From positions 1 to 49,495 of the IMG/VR virus record IMGVR_UViG_3300020042_001945: 49,495 bases of DNA; one strand, written 5' to 3'. How positions within the stretch are numbered: position 1 is the stretch's first letter; the number at the start of each line of letters is the position of its first letter. The stretch is from a virus. Lineage: Duplodnaviria > Caudoviricetes. The notes under the pieces were generated by a model. That model made no database searches, was not told the origin of the DNA, and saw only the letters and a program-made list of their open reading frames with translations. Below are positions 38,075-46,075 of this stretch, piece after piece. A program made the position numbers and the translations under genes.

Positions 38075-39681
38075 AACAATTCTCCATCAGGTTCAGGTTC
38101 AACTTCCAACATTCTACCAGTGTGCTTGTTGTAATGCAAATGACAGGCTGGTCCGGTCTGTCCACTGTAGCGGTTCTTCAACACTCTGACCTTAGTGGTG
38201 TTGCGTTCCACCTCATCTTCTGATTGTCCATTACGCTCAAGACCAATCACCATGTCTGACAGCTGAGCAATTGCGGCAGAGCCACGAAGCTGTGACAGTG
38301 ATGTAAGCGCACCCTCTTCATGACCCTTATCAGATGGTCGTTTCAAATGACTGACAATGATCAAGGCAATGTTGGTTTCTTGTACCAGCATACGCAGCTT
38401 CGTCATGATTTCATCAATGGCTTTGCGCTCATCACCATTGTCTTGTGCTGACACAATGATGGACAGGTGATCAAGGAACACATACTTGCAGCCCATGCCC
38501 TTTGCCATGTAGCGTACACGATTGACAATGTTCTCAATTGATGTGCTGCCAAAGTGATCAAACAAGAACAGCCGATCTGTGCCAAGTGTTTCAGCAAAGG
38601 CTCGTTCACGCTCTTCATTGGAGACAACAGCATCAGGTAGATGCAATGGTGCGTTAGCTGCCAAGCTCATCATCGAAAGCGCTGTCTTGCGAACACTCTC
38701 TTCAAGGAACATCAAGCCAATGTTATCCTTTGTCTTTTGCAACAGATGCCACACCACCTCACGCAGCACCTGACTCTTACCTAAGCCACTGCCAGCAGTG
38801 ACAGTGACAAGCTCACCGAAGCGGATGCCATAGGTGATCTCGTTCAACCCTGCCCACGGGTAGTTGCAATCGGCTGGTGCCATTGGTGTACATACAACAT
38901 CCCACAGGGTGCTACCAGCTACGATGCCATCAGGTACAAAGGACTCAGCCTTCCACCAGCGATCAACGAATGCTGCTTCTTTGCTTTCAGCAAGCCAATC
39001 ACACGCATCCTTATGATCAGCAACAGGCTTGAACACCTTGCACTTGCTACCGAAAAGCTCAGCCACTTCTTTGCTGGCCTTGATACCAGCAGCGTCACCA
39101 TCAAAGCAAACGACAATGGTGTCGAAGCTGTTCAAGTATTCGTAGTTGGCACGACAGTCTTTGACAGCCGATGCTGCACCATTGCGGATGCTAACGACAG
39201 GCCATTTGCTACCTGTCATTTGGTATGCAGCCAGTGCATCAAACTCACCCTCTACAATGGTGATGTACTTGCCACCAGTGGGGAAAAGGTTCTGTCCGAA
39301 CAGCGTACCCTTAGACCATGCGCCACTGGCAACGAAGGTCTTGTCCTTCACACCTCTAACCTTAGCAGCTACAAGCTGTAGGTCTTTGTCGTAGTAGGGA
39401 AAGTAATACTTGTCCTCATCACGAACAACACCGAAGCGTTCCATTGTTGTTTTGGTAAGCCGCCTATCGAGTACAGATACAGATGTGCCCTTATTGTATT
39501 GCTTAAGGAAACTCATATCTGGCGCTTTAATTTCTACATCAATCACATCATATTCCTTCTCATCATCAGGTGGTGTATATACAGAACAAACAAAACAATA
39601 GGTTGACCTATCATTATTGATAGCGCATCCATCACTGCTACCACATTTGTCACATCGGGTGTGTGTCTTTATGAATGCCAT
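38071..39681 (-). CDS. DNA primase-helicase (T7 gp4-like)
   Basis: Zn finger CDKC...CFVC, TOPRIM EGEFDALA and FDGDAAG, Walker A AGSGLGKS, LDHLS, SHL.R, LRGS, KNR..G.TG. Confidence 0.95.
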   Translation of the reverse strand: MAFIKTHTRCDKCGSSDGCAINNDRSTYCFVCSVYTPPDDEKEYDVIDVEIKAPDMSFLKQYNKGTSVSVLDRRLTKTTMERFGVVRDEDKYYFPYYDKDLQLVAAKVRGVKDKTFVASGAWSKGTLFGQNLFPTGGKYITIVEGEFDALAAYQMTGSKWPVVSIRNGAASAVKDCRANYEYLNSFDTIVVCFDGDAAGIKASKEVAELFGSKCKVFKPVADHKDACDWLAESKEAAFVDRWWKAESFVPDGIVAGSTLWDVVCTPMAPADCNYPWAGLNEITYGIRFGELVTVTAGSGLGKSQVLREVVWHLLQKTKDNIGLMFLEESVRKTALSMMSLAANAPLHLPDAVVSNEERERAFAETLGTDRLFLFDHFGSTSIENIVNRVRYMAKGMGCKYVFLDHLSIIVSAQDNGDERKAIDEIMTKLRMLVQETNIALIIVSHLKRPSDKGHEEGALTSLSQLRGSAAIAQLSDMVIGLERNGQSEDEVERNTTKVRVLKNRYSGQTGPACHLHYNKHTGRMLEVEPEPDGELL

Positions 39682-39689
39682 GCTATTTA

Positions 39690-39902
39690 CTAATCAATGC
39701 TACGCTTCTTCAGTGTAAGTGTTTGCTGTGGCACAGCTTCCTCCTCAATGCTAAAAGTGACAGCACATGGTGCAGCATCAAAGTATTTACCAGACTCATG
39801 CAAAGCTTCACGCCTTGTGTTGAAGATGTAAGGAATATCACCATTGGCTGGTGTTACATATGCACCAGAGCTATATTTAATCATCCACTTATTCAATGTC
39901 AT
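39690..39902 (-). CDS. Hypothetical protein
   Basis: ORF from ATG 39902; F.TRREA pattern. Confidence 0.55.
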   Translation of the reverse strand: MTLNKWMIKYSSGAYVTPANGDIPYIFNTRREALHESGKYFDAAPCAVTFSIEEEAVPQQTLTLKKRSID

Positions 39903-40095
39903 TTGGTTTCTTTCGTTTAGGTAGGGGCGCCCAATGCGTCCAGAAGGTATCACCAGTGTAGTTACCATAGGTGGCAACACCACTGATGCTTAGGAGTTGA
40001 AGCTTAACACCACGGGGTGTTATGCTGTCAATCTCAATCCAATAATACTCAGGGTCAACAGCAGCTGAGCCATCACTGCTGATTTTAAAACTCAT
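39889..40095 (-). CDS. Hypothetical protein with THW.PLP C-terminus (DUF551-like)
   Basis: TPRGVKLQLL...GVA...THWAPLP. Confidence 0.65.
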   Translation of the reverse strand: MSFKISSDGSAAVDPEYYWIEIDSITPRGVKLQLLSISGVATYGNYTGDTFWTHWAPLPKRKKPNDIE

Positions 40096-40258
40096 CGAAG
40101 TAACTCTTTATCTGATTAGGTGTCATGCTATAGCGAAGCAATACTTCAGCTGCCGCCTTCACAGTGTTCATATATTCTATGTCATCAGGATGCTCAGAGA
40201 TACATGCTGTCTCATGGATGAGTTGAAGTTCTTGAATCAATATGGTGTCGATGTTCAT
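40085..40258 (-). CDS. 57-aa hypothetical protein (not in ORF track)
   Basis: MNIDTILIQELQ...HPDD...AA.VLLRY...; ATGA-coupled, SD AAGGA. Confidence 0.6.
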   Translation of the reverse strand: MNIDTILIQELQLIHETACISEHPDDIEYMNTVKAAAEVLLRYSMTPNQIKSYFDEF

Positions 40259-40407
40259 GTTACATTCCTTGCTGCAATAAATAAACCTACATTGCCTATG
40301 CTATAGCCAACGAAAGCTATGCCCAATCCTATGTTACCTTTGATAATTAAATCAACAGCAACCACTAAATATACCACGCCGATAACGGCAATCAACCATG
40401 CACTCAT
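40255..40407 (-). CDS. 50-aa two-TM membrane protein (not in ORF track)
   Basis: MSAWLIAVIGVVYLVVAVDLIIKGNIGLGIAFVGYSIGNVGLFIAARNVT. Confidence 0.7.
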   Translation of the reverse strand: MSAWLIAVIGVVYLVVAVDLIIKGNIGLGIAFVGYSIGNVGLFIAARNVT

Positions 40408-40712
40408 GTGTTCTTCTCCGTTGAGTGAAAGCCGTTTACGGCTTTTAGTTTGGCTTCAATGGCTTTGGTTAAATTTTCGTGGCTCAAATGTTTACGCTCA
40501 AGATCAATGAGTTCGTCCACCGTCAGCCCTACCCACGGGCGCTCTGGCTGGCGCTTACAAGCATCATTAAACCCCTCACCATAGCCTAGAGCGTAGTCAC
40601 CGGATGTTGGCTCTGCCAAAGCAACTTTAATCGCCCACCGAACATGCCTACGCTCGTGTGCATTTGTTTCAATGTATTCAAGACACATCTGTAGTGCTTC
40701 GTCTTTGGTCAT
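40404..40712 (-). CDS. Hypothetical mosaic protein with WVGLT...EKNT module
   Basis: MTKDEALQM start, PWVGLTVDE...AIEAKLK...EKNT end. Confidence 0.7.
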   Translation of the reverse strand: MTKDEALQMCLEYIETNAHERRHVRWAIKVALAEPTSGDYALGYGEGFNDACKRQPERPWVGLTVDELIDLERKHLSHENLTKAIEAKLKAVNGFHSTEKNT

Positions 40713-40724
40713 GTGTTCTTCTCC
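40404..40724. repeat. Perfect 16-bp junction direct repeat
   Basis: TCATGTGTTCTTCTCC at 40404-40419 and 40709-40724; a second 18-bp repeat CCGTCAGCCCTACCCACG (WVGLT) lies at 40520 and 40825. Confidence 0.9.
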
Positions 40725-40981
40725 TTTAGCAATTGCTCAATTGACTCGGCAAACTTCTTAAATCCCGGTGGAAGCCTAACGGTTTTTGGGTCTATGAATT
40801 GCAAGACTCTCATGCGCTCTTCATCCGTCAGCCCTACCCACGCCTTCTTATAAACTTGAGTGTCATCATCTTCTTCTATGCGGTTCATGTGTTCTCCCCA
40901 TTCCTCACAATTGTGTACGCTTTTAAGCCCCATCGTATTGGCTATCACTCGATCAAGGGCAGCACCTGTAAGCTTATTCAT
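40709..40981 (-). CDS. Hypothetical mosaic protein with WVGLT...EKNT module
   Basis: DDDTQVYKKAWVGLTDEE...IEQLLKEKNT. Confidence 0.7.
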   Translation of the reverse strand: MNKLTGAALDRVIANTMGLKSVHNCEEWGEHMNRIEEDDDTQVYKKAWVGLTDEERMRVLQFIDPKTVRLPPGFKKFAESIEQLLKEKNT

Positions 40982-40982
40982 A

Positions 40983-41666
40983 TTAGTCCCATAAGTTTTC
41001 ATAATATTTACCGAACAATTTATATCCATTTGATATCCGCTTCTGATAAGCAGCAGCACCTTTCATGTCATACTTGTAGGTGTCCCTGTCACCTGTAATC
41101 ATTTGATATACTCCACTGTCATTGTGAATCCAGCGTATATCATGATTGCCAGTATGAAACCGTTCTTCCCAATCATTGAATTGACTTTCAAAAGCAAAGA
41201 TCATTTCCCCCATCACCCAATCCCATCGTTTGAAATGGTTGTCATCAACACAATATTCATTTTCTTTGGGCGGTGCTGCTGTTGACCTCAACTCAGCTGG
41301 CACATCCTTGTCATCAACATGCGGCGCACCATGTTTACTCGCCTCTAGCTGTTTGAGCATAGGCAGTACGATGTGGGCAAGTGTGTTGTCCATGCTCCAT
41401 GTATCCCACTTGTCAATGCGTACACTAATCTTTTGTTCACGAAAGGTGTGTATCCAAGTTAAAAACTTATACAGCATTGTCATGGGTCGATCATCCCTCA
41501 ACACAATCGTGTCACCTTTCTTTGGTGCAGGACGCACACTGCCATGTGCCAACCACTCACCAAACTTGTGTACACAATCGGTGTCATCCTTCATCCAAAA
41601 GCAAAGAACCTGAGCTAGTTGATAAGGACCAAACCAGTTTTTATATTTACCAATTGTTACTTTCAT
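40983..41666 (-). CDS. Conserved phage hypothetical protein
   Basis: DTWSMD.TLA.I.LPML.QL...HGAP.VD..DVP...RWDWV..EMIFAF...G..LFGKYY..LWD. Confidence 0.8.
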   Translation of the reverse strand: MKVTIGKYKNWFGPYQLAQVLCFWMKDDTDCVHKFGEWLAHGSVRPAPKKGDTIVLRDDRPMTMLYKFLTWIHTFREQKISVRIDKWDTWSMDNTLAHIVLPMLKQLEASKHGAPHVDDKDVPAELRSTAAPPKENEYCVDDNHFKRWDWVMGEMIFAFESQFNDWEERFHTGNHDIRWIHNDSGVYQMITGDRDTYKYDMKGAAAYQKRISNGYKLFGKYYENLWD

Positions 41667-41936
41667 GCGTTCCCCCTTGCTCGGATGGCTTCTTCAACTG
41701 CATCCAAAGTTGACGCGCAGACGGTATAAGAACCTATAGGAGTGTCTGGATACCATTGCAAGCGCCACACGCTATTCGTTTCAATAGCTTTCATCCACTC
41801 TTCCTTGGAAACAAAATCTTCTGGGTCGTAATATTCCCCAATCGTTTCATACACATCCTTGTAGGCGTTGTGTTCCAAGTACAGACCGCACTTGTGTTCA
41901 GGTAACCAATTCATGTGTTCCCCCTTGCTCGGATGG
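41662..41936. repeat. 27-bp junction direct repeat (1 mismatch)
   Basis: TTCATG(C/T)GTTCCCCCTTGCTCGGATGG at 41662-41688 and 41910-41936. Confidence 0.95.
41663..41914 (-). CDS. Hypothetical protein
   Basis: HKC.L.L.HN...W.LQWYPDTP.G; ends IRARGNA. Confidence 0.75.
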   Translation of the reverse strand: MNWLPEHKCGLYLEHNAYKDVYETIGEYYDPEDFVSKEEWMKAIETNSVWRLQWYPDTPIGSYTVCASTLDAVEEAIRARGNA

Positions 41937-42126
41937 TGTCGGCAATGATTTCGGAGTAGTTGCGCTCCAGCCCGTTCGCGTATTCGTCAGCAACCTTCGC
42001 ACACGCCTCACGCTCATCCGCACGGACTAGATCAGCAAAATCCTGCAAAGTATCTGGATAAATACCACGCATTTCATTTGTGATTAGACGGCTCTGCAAT
42101 GCAAATGCTTTGTCTATTTTGTTCAT
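41911..42126 (-). CDS. Hypothetical protein (EREACAK...IRARG type)
   Basis: FA.LVRADEREACAKV...A..IRARG. Confidence 0.75.
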   Translation of the reverse strand: MNKIDKAFALQSRLITNEMRGIYPDTLQDFADLVRADEREACAKVADEYANGLERNYSEIIADTIRARGNT

Positions 42127-42339
42127 GCGTCCACCCACTTCTGTTCAATCGAACACCACGCCACACGCGAACTGTCAATGATGCAGTACCCGCCCACAAC
42201 ATCGTCAAGCTGTCCACCAAGGCAGTAGTAGCTGTCCTCTTTAAACGCCATCAGTCTTTCACCAGCAGCAAGCTGCACAGTGACAGTGCGTATTCCGTCC
42301 TTGCGGGTGAAGTCTTTGGTGATCTTCATGCGTCCACCC
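42122..42339. repeat. Perfect 15-bp junction direct repeat
   Basis: TTCATGCGTCCACCC at 42122-42136 and 42325-42339. Confidence 0.9.
42123..42329 (-). CDS. Hypothetical protein
   Basis: ATGA-coupled at both ends, 68 aa. Confidence 0.7.
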   Translation of the reverse strand: MKITKDFTRKDGIRTVTVQLAAGERLMAFKEDSYYCLGGQLDDVVGGYCIIDSSRVAWCSIEQKWVDA

Positions 42340-42658
42340 TTGCTGCTATAAGAACTCGCTGTGACTTACCTGACTTCCCCTTCCTACGCTCTCCGGTATC
42401 AACAATGAAACCTTTGTCAAGCAATGCTCGATATCGTGCGGTGATTGATGAGTAGGGATATGTTGGATGCATAGCCCTCACCTGATCGCTGATGCATCCT
42501 CCATCACCAAACTTTTTAATTGTTTCATACACCAATTGTTCAAGCTTAACTGAGTCAACAGCATTCGCAGACTGATGACTTGTGTCAGGAGCATCTGTAC
42601 GCACCAGCTTGTTAGAAGCAGTACCAAAAATACGATTGAATAAATTATAAAAACTCAT
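42326..42658 (-). CDS. Putative winged-helix DNA-binding protein
   Basis: R..APDTS..SA, SSITARY..L..KG.IVDTGERR...SG..QRV. Confidence 0.65.
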   Translation of the reverse strand: MSFYNLFNRIFGTASNKLVRTDAPDTSHQSANAVDSVKLEQLVYETIKKFGDGGCISDQVRAMHPTYPYSSITARYRALLDKGFIVDTGERRKGKSGKSQRVLIAARVDA

Positions 42659-42759
42659 ACTAGTTTCCCCCATAAAAGCAAACAAGAAAATACAGACAGC
42701 GCAATGATTACTAATGCAACTGCCCATATACCAATGGCAAACATGTTACCAATATTCAT
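42655..42759 (-). CDS. 34-aa single-TM peptide (not in ORF track)
   Basis: MNIGNMFAIGIWAVALVIIALSVFSCLLLWGKLV; ATGA overlaps at both ends. Confidence 0.55.
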   Translation of the reverse strand: MNIGNMFAIGIWAVALVIIALSVFSCLLLWGKLV

Positions 42760-43865
42760 GACGGTTCTTCCATTAAATATTCTGGATAGTTTCTCATTGC
42801 CTGTGCATTCATAGCACCACGCAATGTGTGTCTTACATAAGGAGTAAGACTAGTCAGGCTGGCATGCCCTGTCATGGCACTGATAGATGGTAGCGGTACA
42901 CCCTCTTCAATCATTTCAGTGACAGCAGTGCGGCGTAAGTCACGCACAGTGAGATGCTTTGGCAAATCGGACTGCTCCATCAATGCTGTTGCTGCTTTGT
43001 TAAAGCTGTGAAGATTGTATGGTAGCAACCCCTGCTTACCATCACGCTTGAGTGACGGAGCAATGTATGCTTGCCAATTAAAATCTTTAGCTTGCTGCTC
43101 AAGCATTTGCTGTAAGCCCTTGCTAACAGGCAACTCAACCCTGCTACCACGCTTGCTTTGCACCACCACCAGCACACCCTTAGCTGCGTCATAGTCTGCC
43201 CACTTGATCAGGCGCATGTCAGTTGATCGCTGCGCTAGCTCATAGGCCATGTGAATGATAAGCCCTATGCTACGGGTCTTCCAATTGCTGTATGCCACAT
43301 TCAAGAATGCCCTGACATGTTCACGCTCCCATGTGACACGCCTTGGCTTTGTTGTTTGTTTCTTTACAGCTTTGAAAGGATTGTATTGGCAGTAGCCATT
43401 GCGTATAGCATAGCTAAACAACAAACGCCACACAGCAAGGCAACCATTGGCATTGCTGACAGACACCCTTGCCATCATATCATAAATCTTCTGGCAAGTC
43501 ATAGCATCAAGACCCGACACCTTGATCTTGTCAAGCCTTCTACCACCGACAATGCCATTGTCCTGCCAGTGGGTGAAGGCAAGAGCATATCCCTGCCTTG
43601 TCAGTGGTGCTAACGCTTTGAATACATCACTTGCTAAATAGTTTTCAACAAGCAATCCAATGTTGCTGTCAGCACTCATGCTCTTGACATGCTTACGATG
43701 CTGCCGCCATGCCTCAAGCTTAGCATTGCTGGCAGCAGCATAGGCGAAGGCAGCAGCGTCATCAGTGCCAAGCATACAGCGCTCGACAACACCATCGTTG
43801 ACTGCCTGTATGGGTGGCAGATAGCGCCACTGCCCTCGGTGTGTCACAAGGTACGCTGGTTTCAT
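42756..43865 (-). CDS. Tyrosine recombinase/integrase
   Basis: Catalytic R (AQRSTD), K (QSKRG), RDLRRT, TGH, Y (TPYV); N-terminal core-binding helices. Confidence 0.9.
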   Translation of the reverse strand: MKPAYLVTHRGQWRYLPPIQAVNDGVVERCMLGTDDAAAFAYAAASNAKLEAWRQHRKHVKSMSADSNIGLLVENYLASDVFKALAPLTRQGYALAFTHWQDNGIVGGRRLDKIKVSGLDAMTCQKIYDMMARVSVSNANGCLAVWRLLFSYAIRNGYCQYNPFKAVKKQTTKPRRVTWEREHVRAFLNVAYSNWKTRSIGLIIHMAYELAQRSTDMRLIKWADYDAAKGVLVVVQSKRGSRVELPVSKGLQQMLEQQAKDFNWQAYIAPSLKRDGKQGLLPYNLHSFNKAATALMEQSDLPKHLTVRDLRRTAVTEMIEEGVPLPSISAMTGHASLTSLTPYVRHTLRGAMNAQAMRNYPEYLMEEPS

Positions 43866-44716
43866 CAGGCCAGCGCCATCTCTTCAGCAATGTTCCACAA
43901 CTCACCATTGATGCGGATGTTTTCCTTCACGCTGTTGACAGGTCGTGCCTTACGCATAGAGCCATAAGGTGTGGCCTTAGTCAAGCTCTTGACGAATGCC
44001 TTGCCACGAATGACGCTCTCCTGAATGCGGTTGAACACAGTGAAGGCATCGGTGAAGTTGTCTTCATTACGATCAACAAAAAGCAGATCAGTGATGGTCT
44101 TGTCAGTGGCATACACGCCAGTTTCCTGTGCATCATACATGTCCCATCGAGTAGCGACACTACGCTTAGCCATCTCATACGCAGTGGCACTGGACAACTG
44201 CACACTACGCAGCATGTTGATGCGCTCCATCATAGCTGGCAGCACTTCCACAGTGCCGCGCAGCATGTCTTCAAAGCCAAGCATTGCTGACTTGTTGTGG
44301 TACAAGCGGCTTTGAAAGCCATCACCAGCAACAATGCCATTGCTGCAAATGAAACGGAATGCACCAGCGAAAAGCTTAACGCTGCCACTGCCATCGTGGC
44401 TGTTGTACAGAATGATTTCAGGACGGATGTCACCCTCACCAAAGTCTCCGAAGGTGTTGTTGGTACGGGCAAAGGCCAGCATGTGTGCGCTATGCTCAGC
44501 GCTAGCCTTGCGGCTACGCTTCTGTGCTGCTTGCACTGGTGAGTAGCCATAGTCTGCCAGCACAGGCAGCAAGCTGCTGGTATGCAGCGGCATGTAGCGG
44601 TCTGTCAAACGCTCATGCTTGGTGGTGGCAAAGGCAGCAGGGGCAAGCTGCTGCATGCGCTCGATGGACAGGGCAGTGTTGTTGACATTGCGGGAGAAGA
44701 TGACATGTTTAGACAT
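43865..44716 (-). CDS. DUF932/DUF945 family protein
   Basis: AP..F......T.RY....T, H...F, PEIILYNSHDGSGS..L.AG.FRFICSNG.V, FNRIQE. Confidence 0.85.
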   Translation of the reverse strand: MSKHVIFSRNVNNTALSIERMQQLAPAAFATTKHERLTDRYMPLHTSSLLPVLADYGYSPVQAAQKRSRKASAEHSAHMLAFARTNNTFGDFGEGDIRPEIILYNSHDGSGSVKLFAGAFRFICSNGIVAGDGFQSRLYHNKSAMLGFEDMLRGTVEVLPAMMERINMLRSVQLSSATAYEMAKRSVATRWDMYDAQETGVYATDKTITDLLFVDRNEDNFTDAFTVFNRIQESVIRGKAFVKSLTKATPYGSMRKARPVNSVKENIRINGELWNIAEEMALA

Positions 44717-44759
44717 GATGTATTTCCTATGAGAAGATAGCGAAGTTGCTACGGGATTG

Positions 44760-44789
44760 ATTGTAAAAGAGAAGTTAAATATTTGTCAA
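44760..44789 (-). promoter_or_regulatory. Sigma70-type promoter upstream of DUF932-recombinase operon
   Basis: Minus strand TTGACA (44789-44784), 18-nt spacer, TACAAT (44765-44760). Confidence 0.7.
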
Positions 44790-45028
44790 TCAGAAGTTGA
44801 CTGTGGTGCAGGGTCTTTGTCTTTCTTGACCAGTGGATGCACACTCTGCCATGCTGCCAAGTTACACTTGTCACCGAACATGTTCAGGCAGTAGCTGTAA
44901 GCACCATCGATGTGATCAAAAAAGAACACATCACCTAGTGGCACTTGCACATAGCTTCGTGGCCTTACTTTGTAAAGCTCACGCACTGGCAGCACATCGA
45001 AGTCATTGATATCAATATCGGTAATCAT
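44786..45028 (-). CDS. Hypothetical protein
   Basis: LY.V...S....FDHIDG.YS.C pattern. Confidence 0.7.
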   Translation of the reverse strand: MITDIDINDFDVLPVRELYKVRPRSYVQVPLGDVFFFDHIDGAYSYCLNMFGDKCNLAAWQSVHPLVKKDKDPAPQSTSD

Positions 45029-45039
45029 ATAAGCGCCTT

Positions 45040-45204
45040 TCATTTGTTGTACCTATTAACTAGTTGTCTCAATATCATCATGTCACCTTCATATAACGCA
45101 AACCCTTTCAAGTATCCGGCATTATATTCATCACTGACATTTTGCCGACAACGAAATTGTCCTCTGCGTCCTTGCATATACCCAAGCATATATTCCAATG
45201 ACAT
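45040..45204 (-). CDS. 54-aa hypothetical protein (not in ORF track)
   Basis: MSLEYMLGYMQGRRG...EYNAGYLKGF; SD GGAG. Confidence 0.6.
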   Translation of the reverse strand: MSLEYMLGYMQGRRGQFRCRQNVSDEYNAGYLKGFALYEGDMMILRQLVNRYNK

Positions 45205-45206
45205 AC

Positions 45207-45446
45207 TCACTCTCCCATAACAATTGATGATCTACTAATCTTCTTTGTCTCAATGTTTTGTTTGAAACAAACAAAGTCTGCACCATCCTTAGCAACGAAT
45301 GCTTCGAACTTGCCCTTAGCGTAGCATCGGCTTTGTGTATGTGCCTCTGCTAGCTCCTGTTTCATACGCTCAGTCTCACCACCTACCCAAAAGGCAAAGG
45401 ATAATATGGCAAAACAACCAGCGCTTATTGCTAGCATATTAAACAT
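45207..45446 (-). CDS. Hypothetical protein with N-terminal TM segment
   Basis: MFNMLAISAGCFAILSFAFWVGG; two later Cys; SD GGAGG before ATG 45446. Confidence 0.65.
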   Translation of the reverse strand: MFNMLAISAGCFAILSFAFWVGGETERMKQELAEAHTQSRCYAKGKFEAFVAKDGADFVCFKQNIETKKISRSSIVMGE

Positions 45447-45585
45447 CTGCGATATCCTCCAGAGTTCTTTTCGCCATCTCAAGTGATTCAATGGCCTCTT
45501 CATATTCTTTATCTTTAAACTCATGTATAGCAGCGTTCACCAGTTTATATACCAGTGTAATTGATGGCACTCTAGTATCTATCAT
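45439..45585 (-). CDS. 48-aa helical protein (not in ORF track)
   Basis: MIDTRVPSITLVYKLVNAAIHEFKDKEYEEAIESLEMAKRTLEDIADV. Confidence 0.65.
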   Translation of the reverse strand: MIDTRVPSITLVYKLVNAAIHEFKDKEYEEAIESLEMAKRTLEDIADV

Positions 45586-45743
45586 GATGTTGCGCTTTCT
45601 TCAATTAGTTTCTCTAACATACTCCGTGCCTCTTCAACAGCATTGATGCCATCAGCAGGGTCACCCACTTCAAGATCATACAATGCTGCATTTAATATCT
45701 CCCATGCTGTTTGGACTGTGCTTATCATGATGCTGCGCTTTCT
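45580..45743. repeat. 21-bp junction direct repeat (1 mismatch)
   Basis: TATCATGATG(T/C)TGCGCTTTCT at 45580-45600 and 45723-45743. Confidence 0.9.
45582..45728 (-). CDS. 48-aa helical protein (not in ORF track)
   Basis: MISTVQTAWEILNAALYDLEVGDPADGINAVEEARSMLEKLIEESATS; ATGA overlaps at both ends. Confidence 0.7.
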   Translation of the reverse strand: MISTVQTAWEILNAALYDLEVGDPADGINAVEEARSMLEKLIEESATS

Positions 45744-46075
45744 GTAGAATAAATTGTCAGGTTTGACAGGTTAGTTTTTAAATCTGGAAACATATGATCT
45801 AGAAGATTAGACCTGACAGAGTAATGTTCATAAGACCGGATGCGAGACATATTGTTTGTATGCTTTTCAACAAACTTAATATTGGTATCGCTCTTAAGCA
45901 ATGCGTCATGTAATAGGGGCAGATCACAATCTTCTTCAAGATATACATTGTCCTTATACTGGTAGCTGTAGCTGCTGATCTTATGGGCAATGCCTAGATT
46001 GACCAGCACTTGACGCTTCACCTTACCCCATGCATGCCCTGCATCGGAGTATACAATCACTGTAAATGTTTTCAT
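45725..46075 (-). CDS. Conserved hypothetical protein (D.GH.W..V...YLEEDCD type)
   Basis: SDAGHAWGKV, ISSYSY, VYLEEDCD, S.IRSY. Confidence 0.75.
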   Translation of the reverse strand: MKTFTVIVYSDAGHAWGKVKRQVLVNLGIAHKISSYSYQYKDNVYLEEDCDLPLLHDALLKSDTNIKFVEKHTNNMSRIRSYEHYSVRSNLLDHMFPDLKTNLSNLTIYSTESAAS

